The notes beneath the pieces are model-generated. The model did not search any database. It was not told the origin of the DNA and saw only the letters and a list, made by a program, of their open reading frames with translations. From Octopus sinensis (lineage: Eukaryota), in NCBI RefSeq assembly GCF_006345805.1, contig NC_042999.1, positions 78,678,001 through 78,742,000 of the forward strand: a stretch of DNA of 64,000 nucleotides, given 5' to 3'. Numbering within the stretch: position 1 is the first letter of the stretch; the number at the start of each line of letters is the position of its first letter. Of this stretch, positions 49,240-63,400 are shown in pieces. Both the position numbers and the translations under genes were made by a program.

Positions 49240-51777
49240 GATTGTACAGCAGCCTACCTGGTTACAAACACAAGCTTGGAACACACCCACCATCACACAA
49301 GGCTACCATCGACAACAGATACAGGATGGTCACCACCAGCACCAACAGAGACGTCACAAAAATATTTCTACTAAATATAGGAAGGCTGCTGCCGGCAACT
49401 GTAAATCAAAAGTCTCGTTCCTGAGAGACCTTGCTGCAAGCAATCAAGCTTTATGCATAGCACTTGTGGAAACGCACCATATACCTGATGTAGGGGATGC
49501 AGAAATACACTTACCATACTATGTTTCCATACGCTCAGATAAAAAAGAAAGGAGTCATGGTTGAGTGCTATATTCATTCGAGAGGACTTCATGCCCCAGG
49601 TCCTACTGTCGTATTCAAATTCAGTGTGTGACACTCAAATGGTACACATACGACAACTTAATATTGTCATATGTACTACATATCGCCCACTGGCTTCAAA
49701 TCATACAAGTAAGTTTGAAGAATGTCTAACAAAGATAGTTCTCACCAAACTGGAACAATACATCAGTGTATTCCTTTTGGGTGTGTTTAACTTCCCCATT
49801 GTGGGATGGTCTGGGGACCAGATGCTCTCAGGAATGACACCACCAGCAAGCACAGACGGAGTCCCTGCTGCACCTTACCAATGCTTCTTTCATGGAGCAA
49901 ATTGTGCTGCAACCAGTCAGGGCAAATAGTACACTGGCTCTCTGCTTCACAAACAATATGGACATTATCCATAATGTTAATGTGACACAGACGCTGGTAT
50001 TGGGTCACAACATAATAGAGCTGTCTATGTATGGACTAAAAGCACCTACGGACGTACAGTTTATACGAAGCACCTAAAATATCTTCAAGCTAAATTTTCA
50101 TAATGCAAAATTGACATAAAGCAAAATGTTGATTGTGAAAGAGATCCTAAAACAGGATTTGCCTAAATGTCTTTCCACACCAGACATTGACACGAAACAA
50201 ACATTTCATGTCCATAATGCAAGCCATATGTGATAAATCTATCCCACTGTGCAGAGCCAACACACACAGAAACAGGATCCCTAGGCAAAGAAAGACTCTT
50301 ATGAGACGACGAACAAAGATTGTGAACCACCTGAGCAAGTACTCCAAAAGCGGTGAGAAGCTCGCCTGGAGAGAGCGCTATTGGAGATTGAGAAAACTTC
50401 GCATCAATCTCACGAAAAGGAGAGAGCAGATAAAGAAGCTTGGGTGATAGAAAATATCAAGTCGAACCTTAAAGCTTTCTTTAACTTTGCCAAAGAGACA
50501 GGCTCTGTGCGCCATAAGAGAGAACCTTTCTTCCAAAAAGATGGCTCCCTCACAGGAAGCCCAATGACGATAAGTGAAATACTGAACGAACAGTTCCAAA
50601 GTGTGTTTACTACACCTCTGGAACACGGGCAAGTGAATAAACCAGCAGAATTCTTTGCCACTTTACCTATGACCAACGAAGCGAAAATTGATAACATCAA
50701 CGTTGAAGAAGATGTAACACTAGCCATAGATGAGGTTGGCACACACTCAGCTGCTGGCCCTGATGGATTCCTAACAGTCCACAAATCGTGCAAAAAAGCC
50801 CTTGCAAAACCACTGCAGCCTCTTTTTCAGAGCTTTCTTGCAAGTGGTAAGCTTCCAGGCAAAGTGAAGGAATAAGCCCTATTCATAATAGCGGAAGCAG
50901 AGCACATGTTAAAAATTATAGGCCTATCTTTCTGACCTCACACATCAGCAAAGTCATGGAACGAATAATCCGCAAGAAACTAATCGCGTTCCTTGAAGAA
51001 AATGAATTGGTGACTGATACCCAACATGGATTTAGACCAAGTAGAAGCTGCCAAATACAGCTCTTGCGACACAACAACTTGGTGTTAAAACAGCTGCTAA
51101 ATGACTCAAGTGTGGATGTGATATATCTCAACTTTGCAAAAGCCTTTGAAAAAGTCGACCATGGTATGATATGTCACAAACTTGCGTGATCTCGGCATAG
51201 TCGGAAAACTTGGAGAGTGGCAGCTCGACTTTCTAAAAGATTGACGTCAGGTAGTGGTTGCCAATGGAGCCACCCCCAAGGAAACACACATAGTAAGTGG
51301 TGTTCCACAGGCACTATCATAGAGACACAGCTATTCATAGTGGATCTCTAAGGCATACCTTCAGCTTCTCAGATGGTCACCCTTGCTAGCTATGCAAATG
51401 ACACAAAAGTCTTTCAGACTATACAAAATCGTAGAAATATTGCACATCTGCAACGGGAGTTGGACGCGATATACAGGTGGGCTGAGGACAACAACATGCA
51501 GCTAAATACAGGAAAATTCCAAGCCCTGCGCTACCAGCACACAAAGCTGAACGACATGCAAACAAGAACTGCAATCCCCGAATCAAAATCAGTACGTGAC
51601 TTGGGTATTGACATGAGCAATGATGCATCGTTCCAAGTACATATTACCACTTTGGTAATAAAATGCAAGCAGCCAGCTGGATGGATCCTCCGAAATTTCA
51701 AAACATGAGAAAAGGAGACAACGATGATCCTTAGGAGGACATACGTCCTTAGCCGCTTGGACTACTGCTTCCAACTA
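49240..51777 (+). pseudogene. CR1-clade LINE ORF2 (APE endonuclease + RT), disrupted, 3' end missing at this position
   Basis: IALVETH, YRP, GVFNFP, GPDG, QHGFRPSRSC, VDVIYLNFAKAFEKVDH, SGVPQ, YANDTK, VRDLG, RLDYC. Confidence 0.92.
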
Positions 51778-54772
51778 ATTTTACTTCAACATGTGATAGC
51801 ATTTATCTCCCTTCATAAACGTGGTAAGCTTGGCTCTTTTTTTGCTCAAATTTGCTGGTCTTGTGCCAAAATAAGAAGGGATTAGTAGTAATCAGGATAT
51901 GCGAATCTACTCTGGTAATAACTTGCTGTTTGGATGTTCTACTTCTTATTGCCATTATGTTGTGCCATTACTTGTTACACGATATAGGAGAAAGTGGTTC
52001 TCAAAATGGAAGATGGGCACAAAATACAACACGGGGTGAATCCTTAGGAGACTGCCCTTTATGCTAACCTCCTTACACATCATCCCTGAGCTACTTACAC
52101 AACTTTTAATATTTGTTAGCAGCGAACTATAAAACATTCCTCTATAAGACACGGAAGTCCTACAAAAATCAAGGTTGTTGTTCTTTGTCTTCTGACTGAG
52201 CCATAATAATAACACTGTGTAATATGTTTTTTGTCCATGGGTAGCATTGTTATTTCTTATTTGCTTACCCCTAGAAAGTATGAAAAATGGCTAATATTTC
52301 CTTCAAACTGCTTTTGTTATATTTATTCAGCACATAGCTATGACGCTCCCCAACTATTCTTGCTCATGTTCAGCGATGCTACACTAAGGGACATGCTGAA
52401 ACGGTTATGGTCAAGCAACTGACAAGCAAATCTGTGGTATTGAGCAGAATATTTGCTATTACGATATCTCTGCTTCAGGAAGTCTGCGCTGAATATGTCT
52501 TAGATGTAACGGGAAATATGTCAGTTTCAAAACATTGACATCCAGGTCACAAAAGTCAAGTTTGAAGGGAATAGTAGTCATTTCCTTTGATTTATAGAAT
52601 AGAAATAAATAAGAAATAACACTTATTGACCAAAGACAAAAAAACCCCATTAAAATTGTTATTTGACAGTGTAATCTAAGTTTTGTGTTTCGGGGGTTCG
52701 AATTCTGCTAATGTCAATTTAGCTTTTTCTCTCTTCTGAAACATCAAAATAAGCAGATGCCATATCATGGAGTTAATCAACTACAACTTATGGTATGAGA
52801 ATTTCAGTCTCACGGCTATACAAAAGTGATAAGCTCTCGACGAACTGAATGTGCGTCGCAGGTTCATTGCACGCATGTACCTATATCAAATTCAACAATC
52901 CTTTGTATGTGCAATTACTGACCTTATTTAGTTGTCCTTGGCAACGTCCTAAGAATTTTTCTATGCTGACGATAACCCACACAACGATATCAAGGAATAA
53001 GGGATACATGAATTTTTTTCTTGGTGCTTTATATATTGCTACTATCTGTATTATACTCTGAACTGACACTGTCAAAAATGATACATTATTATGTGTTTTA
53101 CACGTGTTTATTTTCGCACTTTGAAGATCTATCACATATCGTTTGCTGGTTGTTATTGTTGCTGTTTGTGGTCTAAACACAATTCAATCATAATTCGACC
53201 ATAAGCAGCAGCTAAAACAAAAAATACAGAAAATAAATGTTGCGACATGAATTTCTTTTGGAGGTGTTTAATGCTTCTGACTGGCAATATCATTTGTCTG
53301 TTATAGAAGATATAAATAAAACTATGAGGTTTAGCAGCAGCTAAAAAAGACTCGTGGGAGTACATCGAATAGGAAGTAACAAAAGCTCACTCTATGAATG
53401 GAAAACTGTGACGGCGTCTTCCAAATTTCTTGGTTCCAGCCATTTCAGGAATAGATGTTAGTCATCTCTCAGCGTTTGAGTAAATGCTTACCTGTAAGAT
53501 AGCTTCGTCGATATTTCGAGTTTTTAAACTCATCACCAATACTTATTCTCGAACATTACTGTTGGTTTGTCTTGTAGAGGGATAATATCTCACGGTGTAC
53601 AAAAGAATTAGTCCTCCATGCTTAAATGAACATCATTGACCAAAACATATCGGACATAGGGTAACACTAAAATAAAATAAAGACAATAATAGCAACAACA
53701 CCAACAATAACATGAACGTAGAACAACAGACAAGTAAACAATAAATATATATAAATATATAAAGGTATTCCATTATTTCAGATACACATCTGGAATTAAT
53801 CTTCGTGCTTTCTACTGTTACAAATGAAAGAAAAGAAAAAGAGAGAGAAAAAATAGAGGCAAAACATTCCTTGCAAACAAACAGAAAAAACAGGCTAAAA
53901 TGAAAGGGAACATGTGAGAAAACATGAGTTTAAATAGTAAAATTCATGCAAGCATGAATAGTTCAAAACAAAACTATGAACAACAAAAATATACTGTATA
54001 AATGTCTTCGGTGCTAACTGCCAATAAAATATTACTTTCTTCCGGAAAGAAAGAAACATTTGTATCTCTTACTCTGTGTGTGTTTAAGCTTTTTCTGCTG
54101 GAGATTTTCAGGAAAGTTTTAAGTGAAACGATTTAGGCAGAGTAACATCGGATTATATTCAAATCATTTCATGTAAAGTCAGACAATGCAGTTTGCCTTA
54201 TTAACCAAATTTGTTTCACAGTGAAAGAAATCTCGGTGATTGAGAGAGATAGAGTGAGAGGGAGAGAAAGGGAGGGAAGAATGAGAGAGGAGATAGAGGG
54301 GAGGATATACAGACACAAAGAGAAAGAGACTTAAAAAAAAAGAAAAAACAGAAATCCCAGAGAAACCTGGATAAGTTTGTTACGCTTTTTCGCATTCCCC
54401 ACTCAAATGTTTCAGGGTCTTGGAAGTTCGCTTAATTGGTAGATTTACTTCTCTTATTTAAAAAAAAATTATTTGATGTGCGGGTATATATATATATGTA
54501 TGTGTGCGTCTGTGTGTGTATGTGTGTGCGCGTCTGTCTGTGTGTAAGTGTGTGTCTAAGTGTGTGCGTGTGTGTGTTTGTGCGCATAAAATGCCAACTT
54601 CAGGTGACGCCTATGTTTCTCACACCATTTTCACTTCATTTCACTCAAAACTTTCTTGTTTAAATATATATACACACGCAAATACACACACGCGCACATA
54701 CACACACACACTTACGCATTATATATATAATGGTACATATACGTAAATATATGCAGATATGTGTGTATGCTG

Positions 54773-54804
<32 letters not shown>

Positions 54805-55264
54805 ATATGTTGGGACCAGTAGGGCTTACACACCATCTTACAGACCATTTCTACCCTATTGACACGATTCAGAAACAAAGCAAATATGAGTTGGAGGCTC
54901 AGGAATGTGGGAACGCCATGATCTCAAGTTCAAGTAAAAAATCCACAAAATGTCCGATGCCATTCCATGCACATCTTGTTTTATATCAGAGCGACCTTCT
55001 CCTAGAGACATGCTTAAACAAAACCTGAGGGGTGCTTCACTCTCAGTGGTCTTCTAGCACTCCGAACAACAACCCGGAATTTCTGAGGGTCTGAGCCATT
55101 GCTAGATAGTCGAACACAGACACACAGATCTGCACGCACACACACACACAAACACACACACACACACACACATACACACACATACACTTACACACACGCA
55201 CACACACACACACACATACACTTACACACACTTACACACACACACACATATGTATAGGATCTGT

Positions 55265-55625
55265 GGAGGTGCAATGGCCCAGTGATTAGGGCAGCAGACT
55301 CGCGGTCGTAACATCGCGGTTTCGATTCCCGGACCGGGAAAATACCTAAAGCTCCACGGGGCTCTGACAGAGGGTGGTGGTGGCGAGTCCTGCTGTTCCC
55401 TTTCACCACAACTTTCTCTTACTCTTACTTCCTGTTTCTGTTGCACCTGTATTTCAAAGGACCAGCCTTGTCACACTCTGTGTCACGCTGAATCTCCCCG
55501 AGAACTGCGTTAAGGTACACGTGTCTGTGGTGTGCTCAACCGCTTGCACATTAATTTCACGAACAGGCTGTTCCGTTGATCGGATCATATGGAACCCTCG
55601 TATTCGTAACTGACAGAGTGCCACG
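55265..55625 (+). mobile_element. SINE family C head with an alternative body and tail
   Basis: Head as in 25154/41667, then CCTGTATTTCAAAGGACCAGCCTTGTCACAC...GGAACCCTCG. Confidence 0.85.
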
Positions 55626-56456
55626 TATGTATGGAATCTAGTTAGACTGATTTACAAAATCTGCATCTTTTAAAAGGAAGTAAAAAATCTGAATATCGGC
55701 TATATTAATGTAGTTTTCCACTATTATTGCTATGAAGGCATGATGAGGTGGAGAAAAAATTGCAGGAAAAAGTTACAGAGGTTTAAAAATCAAAAAACCC
55801 CCTGAATTTTTAGCCAATAGCGAGACAGAAATTTTATGCGTTTAGCGGTGTCAACTTTAAGGTTGTACCTTGTGAAATTTATAGTTTAGCCTCTGTGAAA
55901 TGACCTGTTCATTGTAGGTTTCTAAATAAACAGAAATACCTAATAAAATCAACATATATCATCTTACTGTTTCTTTTGTCTCCTCATTGATTTCTATTGT
56001 GCTTTGTATGTTTTTATTATTTAAAAGAAAATTGTTACCTACTACATATGTGGGAAATTCTGTCTATGTGTGAGTTTGTGGAGTTGTTAACAACCTCTCC
56101 TACATCGTTTTATCGATTTTGATGAAACTTAATACGTGAGTACAACTCATGTCTGAAAATCTCATGGCATACTCAGATTGTTGTAAAAGTCGATAATAGG
56201 GCCCCTGGAAGGGATCATTATATATATCTAATATATTTTATTTTAAAATCAAAGGGAAATAACCCATTTGCCCCTGGAAGTGATCCTTATATATAGCTAA
56301 AGTAAATAACCCATTCATTTTCCTAAATTATTTGGTAAAAATGAAATTGAGTATACTATTAGATCAAACTATCTTTGGGAATCTACCATGCAAAGCCTTC
56401 TCCTGCCAGTCAGATAATTTCTGTTTTTTTTCTGGTTTTTAAGTTCACTTGGAAGG

Positions 56457-56537
<81 letters not shown>

Positions 56538-56639
56538 TTTTCTTTTTTATTTTCATTATATTTATTTTTATTATTTTGTTTTGTGATAGTTTGATTTATG
56601 TTTATATTTTTATTTTTGTTATAGCATCTTATATCCAAG

Positions 56640-57310
56640 AACTTTTTAATTCGATTTGATTATCTGTCTTTTCTATTATCTTCTTTTTGCTTTTGTCTAT
56701 TTTACGAACCACTTTTCCTTCAATATCTCTATCTCTATGTTTGCTAATATCATATTTTTAAATGCTCATTTGGAATATTGCTCTCGTTTTCGGAATCTAT
56801 GTTTGGTCTGTAGAATTTTAAATTTTGTTTGCATCCTATCCTACTGAGTGCTATGTTATAGTAATCTTCATTTTGTGTAAATGTCTCCTCGTCGGCTGAG
56901 AGATTTGCGATTCGTCTTGAAATATTTTCTACTAATTTTTCTGTGTTGCTTCCTGGATGTCAATCATTTTTATCTATGTGTTTTAAATTAGCATTTGGTT
57001 TGTGGTAGGGTTTATATTTACCTACTTTTAGATCTAAGAAGTTTACGGAGTTGGGCCCCTTTTCAATTGTAATAAATATAGCTCTATATTCCTAAAGAAT
57101 CTAAAGAATCTCTTCGTATATGTCTCTATTTGTCTACTAGACTGGTCATCCAAGGCGAAAAGTGCATGATCCCTATATAGACCACCCCCTATTTCTGAAA
57201 ATTCTCTACTTAAGGTAAACAGTTCATATATGCCCAACAAATCCGTAACTTCCATATTGGTAAGTGCATATTGGTACCCGCTTGGATTATATATCCCCAT
57301 TAACCAAAAA
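56640..57310 (-). mobile_element. Degraded Penelope-like RT core and thumb
   Basis: EVTDLLGIY...GLYRDH (YRDD variant)...SSRQIE; downstream HKPNANL...ISRRIANLSADEETF. Confidence 0.8.
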
Positions 57311-58039
57311 GTTTGTATGTTGCAAGATCAAGGATGTTACAAGATCAAGGTTTCAATTCTCAAACCGGACGATGCATTGTATTCTTGCGGAAAGCACTTT
57401 ACTCACATTGCTACAGTCCACTTAGCTGGAAAGGAGGAAATCTGCGAGTGGTGTCTCGTTCAGGAGTAACGTTGTAATCGCTTATGCGCCTCGGAAACTG
57501 GGTGACTGGCTCTATGTGTCTTGGGAATCGACACAACAATTTAACGGGATATACAGATTTTGGGCGACTCACTGTCGGCAAAATAAAATGGAACGAATCA
57601 TTTGAAAGAGTCATAACATTCTCCAGGAGGACTGATGTTAGTCATAGGTGAAGCGCATAACGTGTGTGTTTCTGTGTATATATAGATGTCATTCTTGTAA
57701 AAACAAAATGCAGATGAAATTTGTACAGAATACTACATTTTCAAGACTGTTGTATAAATGCGCAATAAATTACACTTGTATTTCTTTATAAACTAGAAGT
57801 CATGGGAAAATTGTGACACTAACGTGTTTCTGAATTCATGTAACCAGCATTTCAAAATTCAAATTCTTTTTTAATTTTGGGTACGAATTTTTTCTTTTGT
57901 GAAGTGCCAAGTTTTTAAAATATATAAAAAAACAAATAAAAGCATTTTTAACGAAATTGCATTTCATGAAATGTTTCGTTTTATTTTTAAAGGATTTTAA
58001 AAGGATTTTAAATCATTATTCTTGCTTCTTTTCCCTTGG

Positions 58040-58490
58040 TCTTTTACTTGCTTTAACCACTGCTCGTTAAGTATGCCGGGGCACCGTCTTGACGGGTTTA
58101 GTCGAACAAAAGGCCCTCAGTACTTATTTTATTTCGCCGGGAACTTTTCTCACCGTTTTCTGCTAAAACCGCTAGATTATGTAGATATAAAGAAACCAAC
58201 ACCGGTTGTCAAGCGGTTGAGGGACATGCACAAATAAAATGACAAACGCACATACACGCACACACACACACATAATACATATATAAATGTGTATATATAT
58301 ATATATTCTTTTACTTGTTTCACTCATTTAATTGTGGCCATGTTGCAGCCCTCCTCTAGAGGGTTTTCGTTGAACAAATCGATCCCAGAACTTATTTCTT
58401 TAGCCTAATACTCATTCCTTCGGTATCTTTGCCGAACCGCTAAGTTAAGGGGACATAAACCAACACCAGTTGTCAGGTAGTGATGGGATG
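58040..58490 (-). mobile_element. Two SINE family A tail fragments
   Basis: CTTTTACTTG..T...CCGCTAAGTT..GGGACATAAAC...CCAGTTGTCA match the reverse complement of the family A body and tail. Confidence 0.65.
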
Positions 58491-58509
58491 ACAAACATAG
58501 GCACAAAGA

Positions 58510-58540
<31 letters not shown>

Positions 58541-58624
58541 TCTCTCTCTCTCTCTCTCTCTCACACTCACACACATGTATGTATGTATGTGTGACGGATT
58601 CTCTCGTCGTGAACGGCAAATGAG

Positions 58625-59235
58625 GGTTCAATAAAATAAAGCAATAATCATGATCGATGGACATGAATCTGTAACTTGAAGCCTGCTGGTGCCTTGCAAA
58701 CCTTTTGGCTAATGGAACAAGTTGAGGACTCAGTTTGCTTGAGTACTGGTGGATCAACCATTGTGTTTTCTTTAGTGGACGGCAAGGCCTGCTTTGCTTC
58801 GTGACACAAAGCCACAATGACAGGTAAGGTTTCCCGATGGTGGATTCGACTTTGCTCAGATCTTTGACTTGAGGAGAAGCAGGAGTGGCACCAGATCCTG
58901 TGTTCTGATGCTTTGTTTTCATAGTAAGAAAAGGGTATGTTGCATCGCTTCATATTGTCTTTTAGTTTGTCTTTGAAGTGCAAGAGCGGTCTTCTAACTC
59001 GCCTTCCTGTTGAGAATTAGCCAAAGAGTTGCTTCGAAATCCTGATATCACTCATACATGAGAGACGACCTGACCATCTAAGTTTTATTTTGATGAGGAT
59101 GGCTTGAATATCTGATACGTTGCATTTTGTTAGTACCTCAGCTGTTATGAATATGGTCACTCGGTTTAACGTTGGGGATAGTACGCAGATATTGCATATA
59201 AAAAAAAGTCATGCTGATTGATGTGCTTTCGGTAC
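58625..59235 (-). mobile_element. RTE-clade LINE 3' fragment
   Basis: LRWSG...IRISKQLFG...GRRVRRPLLHFKDKLKDNMKRCNI, with a degenerate C-terminal C..C/H motif. Confidence 0.75.
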
Positions 59236-59254
59236 AGTGTCTATATATACACGC

Positions 59255-59382
59255 GACGGGCTTCGTTCAGTTTCCGTCTACCAAATCCACTCACAAGGCT
59301 TTGGTCGACCCGAGTTTATAGTAAAAGACACTTGCCATGTGGTTGGGAAGCAAGGTTCTTACCGCGCAGCCACGCCTGCGCC
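59255..59382 (-). mobile_element. SINE family A (internally deleted)
   Basis: Reverse complement of GGCGCAGGCGTGGCTGCGCGGTAAG...GGATTTGGTAGACGGAAACTGAA. Confidence 0.8.
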
Positions 59383-59404
59383 TACATATAATTTTTAAAA
59401 TCTT

Positions 59405-59960
59405 TAAATTGTTTCAGCTTCAAAGCTGCGGTCATGCTGGGGCACCACCGTTGACTGAGCTACACCAATATTTGAAACTTCCTCTGATATGTGGCATTTG
59501 GTTAACGAGAGAGTTCGATGCCGCTGCCCTCATCTGTGTTTCCTGCCATGAGGTAGGTTCATCTTGAACCCTTGACAGGAGGAGATCCAATTTTGTTTTG
59601 AAGACTCCTACATCCACACCATGCAGGTCTCTCAGGCATTTTGAAGAATATTGAAGAGCTGTAGGCTCTTGAAACCCAAGCCGTTGCAGAATCTGGTCCC
59701 GTATTTTGATGGAGATGCTGGCATCTTTGGCACTATGCAGTGGCGCCCCCTTCTGTTGTTTGTGTAGCTTTCAATGCCACAGTTTGGTACATGGCCTTCC
59801 AGGATTTTCCAGATGTATATCACTGCATATGTTTTCCGACTTCATTCTAGGGAGAAGCGTTTTAATTCTTTCAGTCTTTCCAGTAGCTGATACGGTGCAT
59901 TAAGATGATTTTCTTTGTTTAGCTTCGATGGATTGCTTCGAGTTCCGCCGTTAATTTTAA
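59405..59960 (-). mobile_element. 3' end of CR1-clade LINE ORF2 and tail
   Basis: KLTAELEAIHRS...YW..LKEL...IYIWKILEGHVPN...LFNIL...FKTKLDLLLSRVQDEP. Confidence 0.88.
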
Positions 59961-60565
59961 ATACTTTGTTTTCTGATTTGGAGCATAGACAAATAAGTCT
60001 TGCAAACTCTGGAAAAAAACCCCAACAAAGTTAACCATGAGAAAAGCAAGGCTCAATTAAGTGCAAGCCAGTAGGTTTCAAAGTCTGACCTTGAGCTTTA
60101 TTAATAGAATTTGTGAAGCACTGGGAATTATTTTCATTTGCACTCAAATGGCATGTCTGTTGGTTTTATTGGAACTCTTGGAATGAAAACCTCTTCCCCA
60201 GAGGCACATCTAGTGATCAACCACATTAGATCTACCGCATTAGGCGATAATGTCTTCACGATCAACCTTGTCCCATTGCATAATTTAGGAGGATCTAAAT
60301 TTCTTAGAAGCATTATTAGGAATCATACCTTCAGAAAAAGTTTATGTGGAGGAGTTCCAGGTGGCTCAAGAGAATTAAGGAACTCTGTTGTGTAACGGGT
60401 AGCTTGATTTTCATCTAGGACTAAATCAACTGATTTGTACTCCTTAATGACTGCTGGGATCTTATTCATTAATTCATGGTTAATCCTTGCTACTGTCTCA
60501 TTTCTTGGAGCAAGAATTACACGTTCGCTCAACCATTTATGTGAATTATGAGGATTAAATGAAAA
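59961..60565 (-). mobile_element. Helitron PIF1-like helicase C-terminal fragment
   Basis: ERVILAPRNETV..IN, EFLNSLEPPGTPPHKLFLKV, IMLLRNLDPPKLCNGTRL, GEEVFIPR, LFVYAPNQKTK. Confidence 0.88.
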
Positions 60566-60657
60566 AATGAGTTACGTGAATATCTTCACAAGAGTGATTG
60601 AAATAAATGGCGATTGTGGAACGCCGCACTCACGCACACACAGACACACACACACAC

Positions 60658-60693
<36 letters not shown>

Positions 60694-60773
60694 ACACACA
60701 CACACACACACAGTATCAAACATCAGATGAAATGGACGTATGTGTGTGAAAGAGGGAGAGAGAGAGAGAGAGA

Positions 60774-60823
<50 letters not shown>

Positions 60824-61382
60824 GGTATGTTGTCACGTGTACGTACATACATAAATATTCATATATTTTTTTTGTATGTATGTAAGCGCGCGTGTGTGTT
60901 AGAGAGAGAGAGAGAGTTAGTGCCGCTTAGACATCACTCTTCTCTGTCTCACAACACACACGTGCGCACACACATACATACAAAAAGATGTATGTATATG
61001 TATTTATGTATGTACGCATACATAAAAACATACTCACACACAAACACACACGCACATACATAAATGCATGCAAACGTACATACAAAAACACACGAGCGCG
61101 TGTGTGACTGACTACAAATACATAGAGCTGAACACAGCGCGCAAAAAGTAAATAAATAAACTTTTTATGGAAATTAACGAAATATGCGGTTCAAGCGAAA
61201 TTTGTGAACTTAGTAAATATTTCGTTTAGTAATTTTTCGTTGTTGTTTGCAAATAGGGAATTAAAACTTGAAATGAAACATAAAAATACAGAGTGAGGGG
61301 TTTCGTAAATGAAAACGGAAAACTTCGCCGTTGCTACGTCAATACTGGAAGTTGACGTTGAGAAACCTTTCTAAAGAAGTGA

Positions 61383-61425
<43 letters not shown>

Positions 61426-61889
61426 ATATTATTTGTTTTTAATAAGAAAATAAAATGAAGAGCCTATTATGTATCCGAGGTTAAATTATTCATACATCCC
61501 AAGTATGGAAGGAATTTGCGCAGCCGTTTTCGCGTCAAAAGCGAATACACACACACACGCATGGATGCACACACACACACACAACACACACACACACACA
61601 CACACGCACGCATGCACACACACACCACACACGCATGCACATACACACACAGAGGTCTATTTTATATAAGATATATTTATATATATATATATATTATATA
61701 TATATATACATATGTATATGTATGTATATATACTACATTTTAAAATATATTGAGTAGTTCATTGGCTAGTGACCGTCTTGATCCTTCGGTTAAGGTATCT
61801 AAATAGATAGATAAACACACACACACACACACATATACAGACGCACCATACATATGTATATGGTTATATACATATACATATATATATAC

Positions 61890-61944
<55 letters not shown>

Positions 61945-61955
61945 CTATATATATG

Positions 61956-61999
<44 letters not shown>

Positions 62000-62859
62000 A
62001 TGTATGATATTGGTGAAGAATTTACCAATAAAGAAATTAATGGCAGCGTAGAGTTGTAAAACAGAAAGGCTAACGTTTCGCCATAAATACATTAATATAT
62101 TCTGCTGACAGCAATGTACTATTTGAAGGGATAACACACGGCTTTATATCTGATTTATCACACTCAACTTGAATTAAACTGTTTCGAAAAATCTCGCGTG
62201 ACTCTTCCAAAAATAAATATTGCCCAAAGCTAATATTTATTAACTAAGTGAATGTGAAGCATTCACAACTTGTATTCACCCATTTATTTGCTTTATTCGT
62301 CTGTCTATTTATTTATTATGATAACCATTTCGACATTTGTTGAAGTTGGAATCAAATTTTTGACAGTGTCAAGCACTAAATTTTACTCAAAACTGATGTA
62401 TACGTTCTGAATAGAAATAAAAATTGATCTCTCCTTTCAGCTAAAGATTTTATTTTTCTGTACTGACAAAAGGAGTCAGCAAGTTTAGAGCTTCTTTTAG
62501 ACAAGTAAACAAAAATATTGAGCGATTATCAGAAAGATCGTATTCGGTTACAATAGGCAAAATGTTAGAATGCTTAGCTTTTAAAAGCCGAGTTCATATA
62601 GCGGTAGTGTACCAAATATTGGTGTATTTTTCTATTGGAAATAGCACGTTGAATGGGCAAATATTATTCTTGTCTTGTAATACTGTGTTCAGTTTCTCTC
62701 GCGAGGAGTATTACAATAGTTTATCGGAGTTCCAGCTTAATCTCGATTTTATTTTTAATCACTGAACTGCAGGCTTTCCAACAAGGATTGTTTCAAGTGA
62801 AGAGGCTACATTTAAATAAAATGACTTAATCTCCAACACTGCACATATTACAGAGGAAC

Positions 62860-63400
62860 GTCATGTTACAGTAGAGTGTAGTTTATCGTCAAACGTATTA
62901 ATTGGACCATTGTTTTTTGACGGCACTATGACTAGTCCCATTTATTCCAACTTGCCGCAATAATCTGTCAATCCAAGCATTCAAGAGAACTTCAAATATG
63001 TGCGTTTTATTTCTAGCAAAACGGAACACCCCAACAATGTCAAAATTGTAAGGACCTACTTTGATGAGATTTTACTAGAGGGATGAAGAGTTTCAGTGAA
63101 ATATCCTTTGCTTTCAGCAGACTTCACACCATTAGACATTTTAATGAGGTACTTATAAAATAAGTACACACTCGACGTATTGGGAGCAAACATTGAATGA
63201 AATACGCATAAAATGCCGTTTGCGATTCGATTGGTTGGTGTTATCAGCAGTGCCTGGACGAGAATGATCATCAATTTGAAAACAGGCATTCATAAAAAAA
63301 ATAAAATTCTGCATGTTGATTCTTTTACATTTTGAAAATGAAATGTATTTTTAAGATATAATAAACACAATATGGCCGTACATTTTTTGAATACACCTTA
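62860..63400 (-). mobile_element. Possible degraded Tc1/mariner 5' region
   Basis: TIR-like TAAGGTGTATTCAAAAAA on the minus strand and weak HTH-region similarity. Confidence 0.35.

Noticed and set aside
51776-59959. TAATTTTA present at both proposed inversion breakpoints
   Set aside because: Direct orientation and AT-only; easily chance, so not used as evidence
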